From positions 1 to 64,000 of the forward strand of contig CAXGWI010000001.1 of NCBI GenBank assembly GCA_964013405.1: a stretch of 64,000 nt of DNA, given 5' to 3'. Both the position numbers and the translations under genes were made by a program. The DNA is from an uncultured Myxococcales bacterium (GTDB taxonomy: Bacteria; Myxococcota; UBA4151). Below, in pieces: positions 29,129-38,626 of this stretch (positions are counted from its first letter, which is position 1; every line of letters begins with the position of its first letter). The notes beneath the pieces were generated by a model. It did not search any database, had not been told where the DNA came from, and saw only the letters and a list, made by a program, of their open reading frames with translations.

Positions 29129-29380
29129 TTATTGAACAAAAGAGATGCGTTGCGTCCATGCCGAATGGGTCGTTTGCATAAAAACGCGCCCATCTTGATC
29201 GAGCACGTGAAACAGGGTCGTCGAAACGGGTCTGATTTCGGTCAGCTCTCGCAGCCAATGTTTTCGCCGAGGCGGCTCCTCACCCGGTCCACCGGCCCGG
29301 AAACTCATGCCCCCGTCCGCGTGGAGTAGAGCGGTCGGGGCACTGACCACATTCACAATGGAAGGATCAGCCAAGACCAA
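29129..29380 (-). CDS. Possible small hypothetical protein (83 aa, TTG start)
   Basis: 3' part of track ORF 29129..29869, filling an otherwise empty gap; no recognisable motif; weak RBS. Confidence 0.3.
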   Translation of the reverse strand: MVLADPSIVNVVSAPTALLHADGGMSFRAGGPGEEPPRRKHWLRELTEIRPVSTTLFHVLDQDGRVFMQTTHSAWTQRISFVQ

Positions 29381-29575
29381 ATTCCAAGAACGAGTCCAAT
29401 AATAGAGTTCTCGATTGGCTGTTAATAGCCACATCGACGGCCATCCCGGGTACGAGAGGCGACGAACGCAAAAGTGATCTGATTTTTTCGTCACTTTTTT
29501 TGCGCTCGCACCCACCAGCACCGAGAGTGGGGGTGCCAGAACCTCCAAGCACCCCCAAAGCCCCAGGGAGTCATC

Positions 29576-30745
29576 ATGCGCTTGCTTACCCTCTTCGCCT
29601 TCCTCGCTGCCACCTTCAGCTATGGCTATGGCCTTTGGAGCCCGGAAGGAGAGCGGCTCCAGGCTCGTCTCGGTCTGACCGCCAAGACGCAAAAGAAAGC
29701 GACCCAAGCGAAACGAAGCCCCAAGACGAAGCGCCCCCACCCGATGAAGCGTATCGACCCCGTCCTTGAGACCCAACTCGAGCAAATGATGGCCTCCTAC
29801 GACCTTCCCTATGGCGCCGTCGCCATCCTCGATGTCCACAGCGGCCGCACCTTGGCGGCTGCAGGCCACAGCAAGCGAGAGCCGGCAAAATCCAGTGAGA
29901 TGGCATTCATGCCCCGCTTTCCCAGCGCTTCGGTCTTCAAAGTTCCCAGCGCCGCCGCGCTCCTAGAAGCGAAAACCTTCAACCCCAAGAAGTGCGTCAA
30001 GTATCGAGGGGGCCGCCGGCGTATCCATCCTGGGCTCTTGAAGCCCCGACGGGGCGAAGGTCGCTGTGCGAACCTGGAGCGGATGGTTTCGAAAAGCGTT
30101 AACGTCGCCCTCGCTCGCAGCATCTTTGGTCACGTCGATCGGGACGAGCTGGTGGATGTGAGCCATCGCTTCGGCTTCGAAAAAACCTTCCCTGGTCTCG
30201 AACGCTTTGGGGTCAGCCACTTCGACCTCCCCTATGAGCGCAAGCAAATGGCCATCCGCAGTGCCGGCTTCGGTGACCACCGCATTAGCGCCTACCACGC
30301 TGCTGCCTCGATGGCCATGATCGCCCGGGGCGGGAACTGGGGAAATCTAGCCCCCAAAGGCGTCAAGCCCAAGGCTTTGGAGCCAGCCGTCGCCCGTCAA
30401 CTGGCGAAGCTCATGGAAGCGACCACCGTCAAGGGCACGGCCCGCAAGCGCTTCCATCCCCGCAAGCGCGGCATGCGGAACCTGCGCACCGCTGGCAAGA
30501 CCGGATCGCTGATCGTCGATGGCCTAGATCACAGTTGGTTCGTCGGCTTTGCCCCCGCCGATGACCCCCAGATCGCCTTCGCAGCGATCGTCGTGAACGA
30601 CGTGAAAGAGCTCTGGCATATCCGGGCTTTGGATCTGGCTCAGGCCGCGGTGAAGGCTAGCCTCTTCGGCGTCACGCCACCACGGGCAAACAGCCTGGTG
30701 GCCCTGACGAAAGCGCCTAAGCGGAAGCCTCGTCGCCGGCGCTAG
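29576..30745 (+). CDS. Penicillin-binding transpeptidase-domain protein
   Basis: N-terminal TM/signal; SxxK (SVFK), SxN (SVN), KTG; HSWFVGFAPADDPQIA. Confidence 0.9.
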   Translation: MRLLTLFAFLAATFSYGYGLWSPEGERLQARLGLTAKTQKKATQAKRSPKTKRPHPMKRIDPVLETQLEQMMASYDLPYGAVAILDVHSGRTLAAAGHSKREPAKSSEMAFMPRFPSASVFKVPSAAALLEAKTFNPKKCVKYRGGRRRIHPGLLKPRRGEGRCANLERMVSKSVNVALARSIFGHVDRDELVDVSHRFGFEKTFPGLERFGVSHFDLPYERKQMAIRSAGFGDHRISAYHAAASMAMIARGGNWGNLAPKGVKPKALEPAVARQLAKLMEATTVKGTARKRFHPRKRGMRNLRTAGKTGSLIVDGLDHSWFVGFAPADDPQIAFAAIVVNDVKELWHIRALDLAQAAVKASLFGVTPPRANSLVALTKAPKRKPRRRR

Positions 30746-31917
30746 GGTCCGGTCGGTGCCGCGGGCCCCTCGGCGGGTACCATCTCACCACCAGGCGGTC
30801 CCAAGCGAGGTTCAGGCGGGGTGGGTGGGTTATGCCCCAAGCTCCTTAGCTCTGCGTCCACAAGTTCGCCGAACAGCTCGGGTGCCACGCCATGAACCGG
30901 CATACCATTTAAGTAGACACTGGGCGTCGAGGTGACCCCGAGCGCCTCACCGGCCGCGAGATCAGCGTCGATGATCTGATCGAGCGCTTTCTCATCCTTC
31001 AAGCAGGTTGCGAAGGCCGCCGCATCGCCAACTCCAACGGCCTCAGCGTGGGCCTTGAGCCCGGCTGGGTCGTAGCCAAAGCGACGCTCAAAAATCCGGT
31101 CATGGAAAGGCCAGAAGCGATCTTGGCGGTGGGCACAAATCGCAGCTCTCGACGCTTTACGTGCGTTCTCATGAAAGCTGAGGGGAAAGTGGCGAAACTG
31201 CCAACGAACGAGGCTGCCGAAGCGCTGGGCCATCTGGGTCACGACCATGGCCTGACGGGCACAGTGGGGGCACTCGAAATCACTGAAGACCACCACGGTG
31301 ACCGGTGCGCTGTCAGGCCCAAGGGTCGGTGCGGTCGGACTGGCTGCCTTGAAACGGGGAAGTACAGGCACGGGAACCCGGTCCTCAAACTTATAGCGAT
31401 TGAGCAACTGGCGGCGGAACTCCCGTTTTGCGTCCCGTCCAAACTGCTCTTCGAGTTGGGAGCGAATCGCTTCTTTAACTTCTTCGAAGGGACGATGACC
31501 CAGTGAGTCCTTGTTCCCCTCGTAGACGGCCTTCAGGATTTCGGGCGTCACCGGTTGGGAGCCCAGACGCTCCATGGAGGCCCTTTCGTACTCCTCAGCG
31601 CCCATCCCCTGGGCTTTCGCTGCCTTCGCCAGCGCCTTTTCCATGGCGACCTCTCGGGCCATGGACTTGACGAGCTGCCAGCGCCGCAGGGCTGCCTGGG
31701 CGTCATGACTCTTGATATGTTGCGCCATCTGCTCGGACATTTGATCCTCGTAGACCGTCTCTCCATCCACGTTGGCTAACGCGCGCCGGGCCGGCTTGGC
31801 CGGGGACGGCTTAGCAGCCTGAGCTACCGCTGTATCGGCGCCTTTGGCATCCTTGGGGGCCGGATTGGAACAGGCCAGCAAAACACAACTCATCGGAATC
31901 AAATATTTCATCATCAT
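30742..31917 (-). CDS. DsbA-family thioredoxin-fold lipoprotein
   Basis: LLAC lipobox; APVTVVVFSDFECPHC; RHFPL; GVTSTPSVYLNG. Confidence 0.9.
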   Translation of the reverse strand: MMMKYLIPMSCVLLACSNPAPKDAKGADTAVAQAAKPSPAKPARRALANVDGETVYEDQMSEQMAQHIKSHDAQAALRRWQLVKSMAREVAMEKALAKAAKAQGMGAEEYERASMERLGSQPVTPEILKAVYEGNKDSLGHRPFEEVKEAIRSQLEEQFGRDAKREFRRQLLNRYKFEDRVPVPVLPRFKAASPTAPTLGPDSAPVTVVVFSDFECPHCARQAMVVTQMAQRFGSLVRWQFRHFPLSFHENARKASRAAICAHRQDRFWPFHDRIFERRFGYDPAGLKAHAEAVGVGDAAAFATCLKDEKALDQIIDADLAAGEALGVTSTPSVYLNGMPVHGVAPELFGELVDAELRSLGHNPPTPPEPRLGPPGGEMVPAEGPAAPTGP

Positions 31918-32999
31918 CAGCCCACTTGGGAAACCGGTGCACCGCCCATATCGTCCAGCTTGGCGGCCACCTCCACCAGAAGGTCTTTCCGGTGGCGATA
32001 GGGAAGAAAGGCGCTCTTGAAGCCCTGAATCACCAGGCGCTTGAGCTCGGTAAAGCTAAAGTTAAAGGTCTCGACGGCGAGCAGGTATTCGTCGGTCACC
32101 GTCGTATCCGTGATCAGTCGATTATCCGTGCTGATCGCCAGGCGGAGGCCTGTATCGTAATAATGACGCAAGGGATGGTCCTCAAGCCGGGCGATCGCCC
32201 GGGTCTGCAAGTTCGACTTTAAGCAGATCTCGATGGGGATCCGGCGGTCGTTAACGTAATTCAACAAACTCCCATCCTCGACGAGACGCACGCCGTGACC
32301 GATGCGATGACTGCCACAGTAATGTAGGGCCTCATGGATGGACTCGGGTCCATCGGCTTCCCCCGCATGCAGCGTGCAGTTCATGTTGTTGTTACGAATC
32401 AAATAGAAGGCTTCCCGGTGGTCTTTGGCCGGATGGTGGAGCTCCGCACCGGCCAGATCGAAGCCGACAACGCCCCGATCTTTGAAGCTGACGGCGAGTC
32501 GAGCCAGGCGCAGGCTGGTGGGGGCGTCAATATTGCGCAATCCACAAATGATCAGCCCGGCCGAAACACCAAACTCCCGCCGCCCCCGGCGCAAGCCACT
32601 CAGCACGCTCTCCACCACCGCATTTCGATCGAGGCCCTGCTCCAGATGTAATTCGGGACAGAATCGCACCTCGATGTAACGCACTCCGTCGTCATGGGCG
32701 TCGGCGATCAGTTCGTAGGCGGCCCGCTCCAAAGCCCAGTCCGTTTGCAACACAGCGCAGGTGTACTTGAAGGCCACCAGGTAATCGACGAGATCCTCGC
32801 AGATCTCCCCCCGGTGGATCGCCTTGGCAAGCCCCTCTTCGGTGTGGCTCGGCAACTCGACTCCCTGCTCCTGAGCGAGGTCGATGATGCTCGTGAGACG
32901 CATGCTACCGTCGAGGTGACAGTGGAGGTCGGTCTTGGGCATGGACCGAATGAGCTCTCGAGTGACTTGAGGGTCGTTATTGGGAATGATTGTTCTCAT
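31917..32999 (-). CDS. add: Adenosine deaminase
   Basis: PKTDLHCHLDGS, GFDLAGAE, HAGE, RIGHG, STDN; GGAG RBS before ATG 32999. Confidence 0.95.
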   Translation of the reverse strand: MRTIIPNNDPQVTRELIRSMPKTDLHCHLDGSMRLTSIIDLAQEQGVELPSHTEEGLAKAIHRGEICEDLVDYLVAFKYTCAVLQTDWALERAAYELIADAHDDGVRYIEVRFCPELHLEQGLDRNAVVESVLSGLRRGRREFGVSAGLIICGLRNIDAPTSLRLARLAVSFKDRGVVGFDLAGAELHHPAKDHREAFYLIRNNNMNCTLHAGEADGPESIHEALHYCGSHRIGHGVRLVEDGSLLNYVNDRRIPIEICLKSNLQTRAIARLEDHPLRHYYDTGLRLAISTDNRLITDTTVTDEYLLAVETFNFSFTELKRLVIQGFKSAFLPYRHRKDLLVEVAAKLDDMGGAPVSQVG

Positions 33000-33048
33000 G
33001 GCCAAGCTCCCTCGCCCTTTAGGGCGCAAAGCGCAAGCAGCATGTGTT

Positions 33049-33111
33049 TGGCGCACCGCGTCATTTTTTCTTTGACACGGCGCGTCAAAGCCGATTTAAC
33101 GCACTGCGTCA
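33049..33111. promoter_or_regulatory. Three 15-bp palindromic boxes (consensus ~TGACRCRnYGCGTCA) at 24-bp period, overlapping a TTGACA hexamer
   Basis: tggcgcaccgcgtca (33049-63), tgacacggcgcgtca (33073-87), taacgcactgcgtca (33097-111); TTGACA at 33072-77; located in the divergent gap between add and CDS 33132. Confidence 0.7.
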
Positions 33112-33131
33112 TCAATGCCTTAGGAGGCACC

Positions 33132-33629
33132 ATGAGTAAGAAGCGTCAGAGTGTTGTGAAGAACATCATCGCCAAGGGCGAAGAACGTGTCACTGAGGTG
33201 CGCGAGCAAATCGCCAAGAGTGCGGAAGAACTCAAAGACAAGGTCAACAGTGCCGTCGAGTCGAGCCGTCACCGGGGCCAGGATCTCATCGAAAAGATCA
33301 ACATCGGCAAGGCTGTTGATCTCGAGACCCTCAAGAACCGCCTCGAAGGCCTTGAGCAAGACCTTGAGAGTCTCGTCAGCGATCTGCAAGAGCGCATCGG
33401 CGACCTGAGCCAACGAGTCGCCGATCTCCGCGGCGCCCGAGTGGTGACCGAAACGCCGGCGAACGAGCCTGCGGTGAACGAAGCGCCGGAAGTGGCCGTC
33501 GAAACCGCTGCCGACTTGGCCGAGAACACCGTGGTGGTCCTGCGGACCATCGCCGCCGAGCGCAACATCGACGTACCGCGTCGTATTCGCAAAGCGGAAC
33601 TGATCAATCTGATCCTGGCCAACAACTAG
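33132..33629 (+). CDS. Coiled-coil, phasin-like protein with a C-terminal Rho-N/SAP-like helical motif
   Basis: AGGAGG RBS then ATG 33132; amphipathic helices; DLETLKNRLEGLEQDLESL; C-terminal DLAENTVVVLRTIAAERNIDVPRRIRKAELINLI. Confidence 0.7.
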   Translation: MSKKRQSVVKNIIAKGEERVTEVREQIAKSAEELKDKVNSAVESSRHRGQDLIEKINIGKAVDLETLKNRLEGLEQDLESLVSDLQERIGDLSQRVADLRGARVVTETPANEPAVNEAPEVAVETAADLAENTVVVLRTIAAERNIDVPRRIRKAELINLILANN

Positions 33630-33651
33630 GCCGGTCAGCGGAATCACGGAG

Positions 33652-33682
33652 AGGGCACCAAGCGGTGCCCTTTTCGTTTTTT
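33652..33682 (+). terminator. Intrinsic terminator
   Basis: agggcacc-aagc-ggtgccct followed by tttcgtttttt, 22 nt after the stop at 33629. Confidence 0.8.
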
Positions 33683-33733
33683 CGGCCCGAGCTGGTGGTG
33701 GCCAGGCCGCCCAGTTTATGGCATCGGGTTTTT

Positions 33734-35527
33734 GTGGGCACCCTCGACCTCGCTCTCTTGGTGATCATCACGCTGGGCACCCTGGCCCTGGGCTTGTTCG
33801 TCGGCCGAAAGCAGACCAGCGATACCGACGGCTTCCTCCTGGGGGGGCGTGACCTGCCATGGTGGCTTGCCGGCACCTCCATGGTTGCCACCACCTTTGC
33901 GGTCGACACCCCCCTGGTGGTGGCCGGCGTCACAGCCACCAAGGGCCTGGCTGGCAACTGGTTTTGGTGGGGCCTGCTCTTCTCTCACCTCTTGGTCACC
34001 TTCTTCCTGGCCGCCCGTTGGCAGGGCACCGGCTGCACAACAGATGCGGAGGTCGTCACCCTTCGTTACGGGGACAGTCCAACGGCCCTATGGATGCGGC
34101 GCCTCCGAGGGTTTTACTTTGCCCTCCCGATTAACCTCTTCGTCATGGGCTGGGTCCTCGCGGCCGGGGCCAAAGTGCTCGCCGTCATCCTCCCATGGGA
34201 ACGATGGTTGGGTTTCGCGACGATCGCCGAAATCGAGGTACGATGCGCGGGCATCACCTCCCTGTCCGGGAGCGCTGTCGTCAGCCTTTTCCTCTGCTTG
34301 GCCATTGGCCTGAGCTATTCGGCGACCTCCGGCCTCAAAGGGGTGGTGGTCACTGATCTCGTGCAATTCGCGTTGGCGATGATCGGTGGCATCGCTTTGA
34401 CCTGGGCAGCATTGCAGGTTGTCGGCGGTCCCGCCGCCCTCGGCAGTGCGCTGGAGGCCCGAGGCCAGGGCCTTCCTCCAGACCTCGCTGCCCTCAGCCT
34501 CCTGGGCGACCCCACCGGTCTATCGCTCCTCGACCGCTGGCAGCAAAGCCCCCCCCTCGGTGATCCCCTGGCATTGATCGGTGCCCACGGCGATCTCGCC
34601 CTCACCGCGCTCTTGGTGAGTTGGTGGGCCAACAAGAACGCGGACGGTGGCGGGGTCCTGATCCAACGGACGCTGGCCTGCAAGAACCCCCGCCAGGGCT
34701 TCTTCGCCTTGGCCTGGTTCAGTGCAGCCCATTACCTGCTCCGCCCTTGGCTCTGGGTGGTGGTGGGCTGGGCCGCGATCGTGTTGCTGCCCGGCCCCCC
34801 TCAAGACGGCTGGGAGTCGACGTATCCGCAGATGCTGACCACCCTGCTTCCCGCCGGCTGGCTGGGGCTCGCCGGCGCAGGACTGGTGGCGGCCCTCATT
34901 TCGACCGCCGACACCCATCTCCATTGGGGGGCCTCCTATCTGGCCAACGACCTCACCCCGGCTCGAGCGACCGCGGCCACTCGCCTACGAGTCGCCCGGT
35001 GGGGACAGGTGATCATGGCCCTCCTCGCCGCGGTCATCGCCCTGCAAATGGATTCGATCGCCCAGGCCTGGAAGGTCCTCCTTGTCCTGGGCGCGGGCCT
35101 CGGCCCCCCCACCCTCCTTCGATGGTTCTGGTGGCGGGTTTCGGCCCAGGCAGAGCTGGCTGCGTTTCTGATCGGCAGCCTCTGTGCTGCCTGGGTCCTG
35201 TGGGGTTTCGACAGCCCGCCCTCCTACGCCATGCAGATGCTCAGCGTGGGCGGCGCCGGACTCCTAGCCACGGTGGTGGCCTCCCTGATATGGCCTGCGG
35301 ATCGGGCCCGGGCAGAGCAATTTTTCCAACAGGTCCAGCCGGGGACCTCGGGAGGGCAGAGCGCCCTGGGTTTCGCTGGCGCTGCGGTCTGCCTCCTGGG
35401 CGGCACCGCCGGCCTCGCTGCCGCATTCACAGGCTCAAGCATCGGCTGGATTTTGGGTCTCGGCGGTCTGCTCGGCTACGGGCTCGTCGTCCGCTGGTAC
35501 GGCCAGCAACTCCAGGGTGAGTCCTAA
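33734..35527 (+). CDS. Sodium:solute symporter family protein
   Basis: FLLGGRDLPWWLAGTSMVATTFAVDTPL, QRTLACK, AALISTADTHLHWGASY, LRWFWWRV; many TM segments; GTG start inferred. Confidence 0.9.
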   Translation: MGTLDLALLVIITLGTLALGLFVGRKQTSDTDGFLLGGRDLPWWLAGTSMVATTFAVDTPLVVAGVTATKGLAGNWFWWGLLFSHLLVTFFLAARWQGTGCTTDAEVVTLRYGDSPTALWMRRLRGFYFALPINLFVMGWVLAAGAKVLAVILPWERWLGFATIAEIEVRCAGITSLSGSAVVSLFLCLAIGLSYSATSGLKGVVVTDLVQFALAMIGGIALTWAALQVVGGPAALGSALEARGQGLPPDLAALSLLGDPTGLSLLDRWQQSPPLGDPLALIGAHGDLALTALLVSWWANKNADGGGVLIQRTLACKNPRQGFFALAWFSAAHYLLRPWLWVVVGWAAIVLLPGPPQDGWESTYPQMLTTLLPAGWLGLAGAGLVAALISTADTHLHWGASYLANDLTPARATAATRLRVARWGQVIMALLAAVIALQMDSIAQAWKVLLVLGAGLGPPTLLRWFWWRVSAQAELAAFLIGSLCAAWVLWGFDSPPSYAMQMLSVGGAGLLATVVASLIWPADRARAEQFFQQVQPGTSGGQSALGFAGAAVCLLGGTAGLAAAFTGSSIGWILGLGGLLGYGLVVRWYGQQLQGES

Positions 35528-36432
35528 GACGGCTTCCCAGCCTTCGCTTCCAGACTGGTGGTCACAAGAAGCGTGAGTGCGTCCTTTTCGAAGCGATAGT
35601 TATGACCGCAATAATGGCAGGTGATCTCCGCGTAGCCAGGCTCGGCTGCGAGGGACAGCAGGTCGGCCTCCCCCAAAAGCAGCAGGGTGCTCGAAGCCCG
35701 CTCCAAACTGCAGCGACAACGAAACTCAAGGGGCTGCTCATCGAGCACCTCGACAGCAAAGTCGCCGGCGAGTTCGGCCAACAAGGTCTCGGCCGAAGCT
35801 GTGAGCGGGAGACTTCGAACCAAACGCCCAACGGCATCGAATGCGTAGGGGTCATGATCGGGCAGGCCCAGTAGGCAGGCCCCCTGGGCCCGCACCACAT
35901 TAAGTTGCTCTTCCTCTTCATCTTTCGCCCGCAAGGCCACCTCGAGGCCAAAGGCACTGCGCTCACCCTCACTCCGTTCGATCACGAGTTCCAAATCCCG
36001 GTCGACCCCACCGGTGGCAAGATCGGTTTGCCCCTGCTCAAGCCGCCCGCCCTCCATCTCTCGCACGGTACCGACCACCCCTTGCCGCCCCAAACCAGCG
36101 TGGGCGAGGCGGTCCATATCCTGGAGGGGAAAACGGATGGTGGGCACGTGGACATAGCCCCGCACTGCCCCACCGGCGTATGCGTCGGCCACCAAGCCCC
36201 GCAAAGGCCCCTGACTGCTGAACTGCAGGGTGAGGCGCTCGCTCTTGGGACGCTGGTGCAGGAGCAGAACCGCCCCCATCAGGGCCCGACCCAAAGGCAC
36301 GGCGGCCCCGGCCCGTAACTGATGCCGGGCGATCGCTTCAGCCACACTGCGGCGGGCATCGACCACGGTGAGACGGAGGCCTGGGTCCGGTAATAATGCC
36401 CGAATCACGCGATCACTCAAGGCGAACTCCAT
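35524..36432 (-). CDS. hslO: Hsp33 family redox-regulated chaperone
   Basis: LGRALMGA, GPLRGLVADA..GAVRGYV; zinc site FRCRCS...EITCHYC. Confidence 0.92.
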   Translation of the reverse strand: MEFALSDRVIRALLPDPGLRLTVVDARRSVAEAIARHQLRAGAAVPLGRALMGAVLLLHQRPKSERLTLQFSSQGPLRGLVADAYAGGAVRGYVHVPTIRFPLQDMDRLAHAGLGRQGVVGTVREMEGGRLEQGQTDLATGGVDRDLELVIERSEGERSAFGLEVALRAKDEEEEQLNVVRAQGACLLGLPDHDPYAFDAVGRLVRSLPLTASAETLLAELAGDFAVEVLDEQPLEFRCRCSLERASSTLLLLGEADLLSLAAEPGYAEITCHYCGHNYRFEKDALTLLVTTSLEAKAGKPS

Positions 36433-37376
36433 CGCTGCAAGACGCTGCGCAGTTGCCCCAACACAGCCCGGGTGGGAAGGGGGCTTTCTTCCCGCTCCAG
36501 ACGCAGGCCGTTTGCAGCGAGCCGTACACTTAAGCCCTCATGACCTGGCACAGGGAAGGGCCCGTCTGCGGACGGCAAGCGCGCCAGCAACTCACTGAGA
36601 CGGGGCTCCCAATCCGCCCCCGTCACCAGAACCAGTCGGATCCGCTGGGCCGTCATTTCGATACCAAAACCGCCACCATTGAGGCGAAGGGCCCATAGCA
36701 ATCGCTGACCATCTCCCCAGGACAACACCTGGCGTCCGTAATTCGGATCCTTGCCGTAGCGCATCGTTAACTGCCAGCGTCCAAAGTCTGCGACAGGCGC
36801 CTCTTTGACGGTCAATTCGATGCCCAGCCAGTCCCCCTCCGTGCCGGCCACAGCTCGAAGTGATTCGACCTCAAGGGCTCGCTGGGCCTGGGGGATCGCC
36901 AGTAGATCCCCCAGGCCCTGAAGATCCGTCTCCCCCGGCTTCCAGCCCTCCGGGCCCAGCCCTTCGACAGGCCAAACACCGTCGACAAGATCCCGACCAA
37001 ACAGGCGAAAGGTCAGGGGCACCAACTGGGCACGATCACCGACGTCGTGGGGGCCTTCTAAGTCGGGGCATTGACCACTGGGCACGGGCGCCCGGCCCAA
37101 GGGAACCTGGATGCGGCATGGGGCCGAAACAAAGGTAAAATCGCTCAGCTCAGTCCCCGAAGGCATCAACCCGGCGTAGGGCCGAAGTTGCTCAAGGGTC
37201 CCGGCATGCTGCCAGCGGAAGGATGGTGGGAGCGCGATGGAAGAGGGCAATTCCACCGGCCCCGCATCAACTTGCTGCTCAGGCCCATCAACCGGGAGAT
37301 CGGGACTGCTGCGGGTTAGCCAGAATGCGGGCACGCACGCGCCCAGCAACATCGCCAAAAGAAGATGACGCCTCAT
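36417..37376 (-). CDS. Hypothetical exported protein (possible lipoprotein)
   Basis: MRRHLLLAMLLGAC; ATGA overlap with the M23 gene stop; no family recognised. Confidence 0.6.
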   Translation of the reverse strand: MRRHLLLAMLLGACVPAFWLTRSSPDLPVDGPEQQVDAGPVELPSSIALPPSFRWQHAGTLEQLRPYAGLMPSGTELSDFTFVSAPCRIQVPLGRAPVPSGQCPDLEGPHDVGDRAQLVPLTFRLFGRDLVDGVWPVEGLGPEGWKPGETDLQGLGDLLAIPQAQRALEVESLRAVAGTEGDWLGIELTVKEAPVADFGRWQLTMRYGKDPNYGRQVLSWGDGQRLLWALRLNGGGFGIEMTAQRIRLVLVTGADWEPRLSELLARLPSADGPFPVPGHEGLSVRLAANGLRLEREESPLPTRAVLGQLRSVLQRWSSP

Positions 37377-38626
37377 GGTGAGGTCCCAGAAGTCAGCCAT
37401 TCCGGCTGGTCCGGCAAGTCCACCTCACCCCGAAGAAACGGTAGTTCTCGAGCCACCCGAGCCAAGAACGGCTTGCGAAGGGCCGGCTTCAAAGGGGCAC
37501 CCTTGGGAAACTTCTGCCGCAAGGGGTCCACGTAGCGGCCGTTCTTCTTCATCCCAAAATGCAGGTGGGGCCCCGTGGATCGGCCGGTCGTGCCAACGCG
37601 GCCGATCACCTGGCGCTGGCCCACCCACTGGCCCTTGGCCACGTGAATCCGGCTCAGATGGGCATAGATCGTGACGTAGCCATTGCTATGGGCGATCACG
37701 ACGAGTTTGCCGCTGGCACCAGCCCAGCCGGCATGGGTAACGCGCCCTTTCGCAACGGACCAAACAGGCGTCCCTGTGGGCGCCCCGTAATCGACACCAT
37801 TGTGCTTTTTACGTTTCCCCAAGACGGGATGGAAGCGCATGCCATAACTCGACGTAATTCGGGTGAGTTCCATCGGGTTTCGCAAGAATGCCCGCTCCAT
37901 CGTCCGGCCCTTTTCATCGAACACGCCAAAGCCTGGCCCTTGTTTCATTTTAAAGCCGAGCAAGGGGCCATGGACCCGCGATTTGTACAGCCCCGATAAA
38001 ACCCGTCCATACTCACGAAAAACACCATCGATGTAGATCTTCTCCACCAACATGGCGAACTCATCGCCCACTCGCTGTTGGCGATAGAAGTCCATCTGCC
38101 AACCAAAGAGCCGATCGAACTCATTCACCAGGGTTGGGAACTCACCCAGTTGGTCGACCGCGAGGCTCAGTGTGCCGCCCTCCTCGATGCGCCCCTGGAT
38201 GCGCGCGAGCTTCCGCTCACTGGCGAAGGCGACCTCTCGCTTCTTCCAAGCCTCATCCTGGCGTTCGAATCTAAAGACCGATGGCCGCTCCGTCACATAC
38301 TGGCGTCGCAGTTCAATCCAGTCCAACCGAGCCCCTGTTGTCCGGAACGAGACCCAGAGTTGGTCCGAGAGGTTGCGGAAGTTCACCCCATCGGGGCGCT
38401 CCTTTTTCAATCGTCGCGTCGCCAGGTAGAACTGCTCCGCCTCACCGTATTCCAGTCCTTCGGTGACCAGAGCATCCACAAAGGTACGCTTACCGAGTTG
38501 AAAGCTCTTAAGACGGACCGCTGCCACAGCGTTGGGCTGTTCGCCCGCATCAACGAGGGTCGGTGACCCCCCATCGACAGATGCCGGCGCCTGGATGGAC
38601 GCGAAAAAGAGCAGGGAAGCGATCAA
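37373..38626 (-). CDS. M23 family peptidoglycan DD-endopeptidase
   Basis: RFHPVLG..KKHNGVDYGAPTGTP, YAHLS, GRSTGPHLHF; upstream WQMDFYR...GDEF linker domain. Confidence 0.93.
   Translation of the reverse strand: MIASLLFFASIQAPASVDGGSPTLVDAGEQPNAVAAVRLKSFQLGKRTFVDALVTEGLEYGEAEQFYLATRRLKKERPDGVNFRNLSDQLWVSFRTTGARLDWIELRRQYVTERPSVFRFERQDEAWKKREVAFASERKLARIQGRIEEGGTLSLAVDQLGEFPTLVNEFDRLFGWQMDFYRQQRVGDEFAMLVEKIYIDGVFREYGRVLSGLYKSRVHGPLLGFKMKQGPGFGVFDEKGRTMERAFLRNPMELTRITSSYGMRFHPVLGKRKKHNGVDYGAPTGTPVWSVAKGRVTHAGWAGASGKLVVIAHSNGYVTIYAHLSRIHVAKGQWVGQRQVIGRVGTTGRSTGPHLHFGMKKNGRYVDPLRQKFPKGAPLKPALRKPFLARVARELPFLRGEVDLPDQPEWLTSGTSP

Noticed and set aside
33049..33111. CRISPR-like mini array
   Set aside because: The units are 15 bp with 9-bp gaps, far too short, and there are no cas genes. 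A protein-binding site fits better.
32694..33131. N-terminal extensions in the track (32694, 33665, 44152, 52608, 53338, 54121, 56300, 58417)
   Set aside because: They overlap neighbouring genes or regulatory signals. RBS position, lipoboxes and stop/start overlaps favour later starts.
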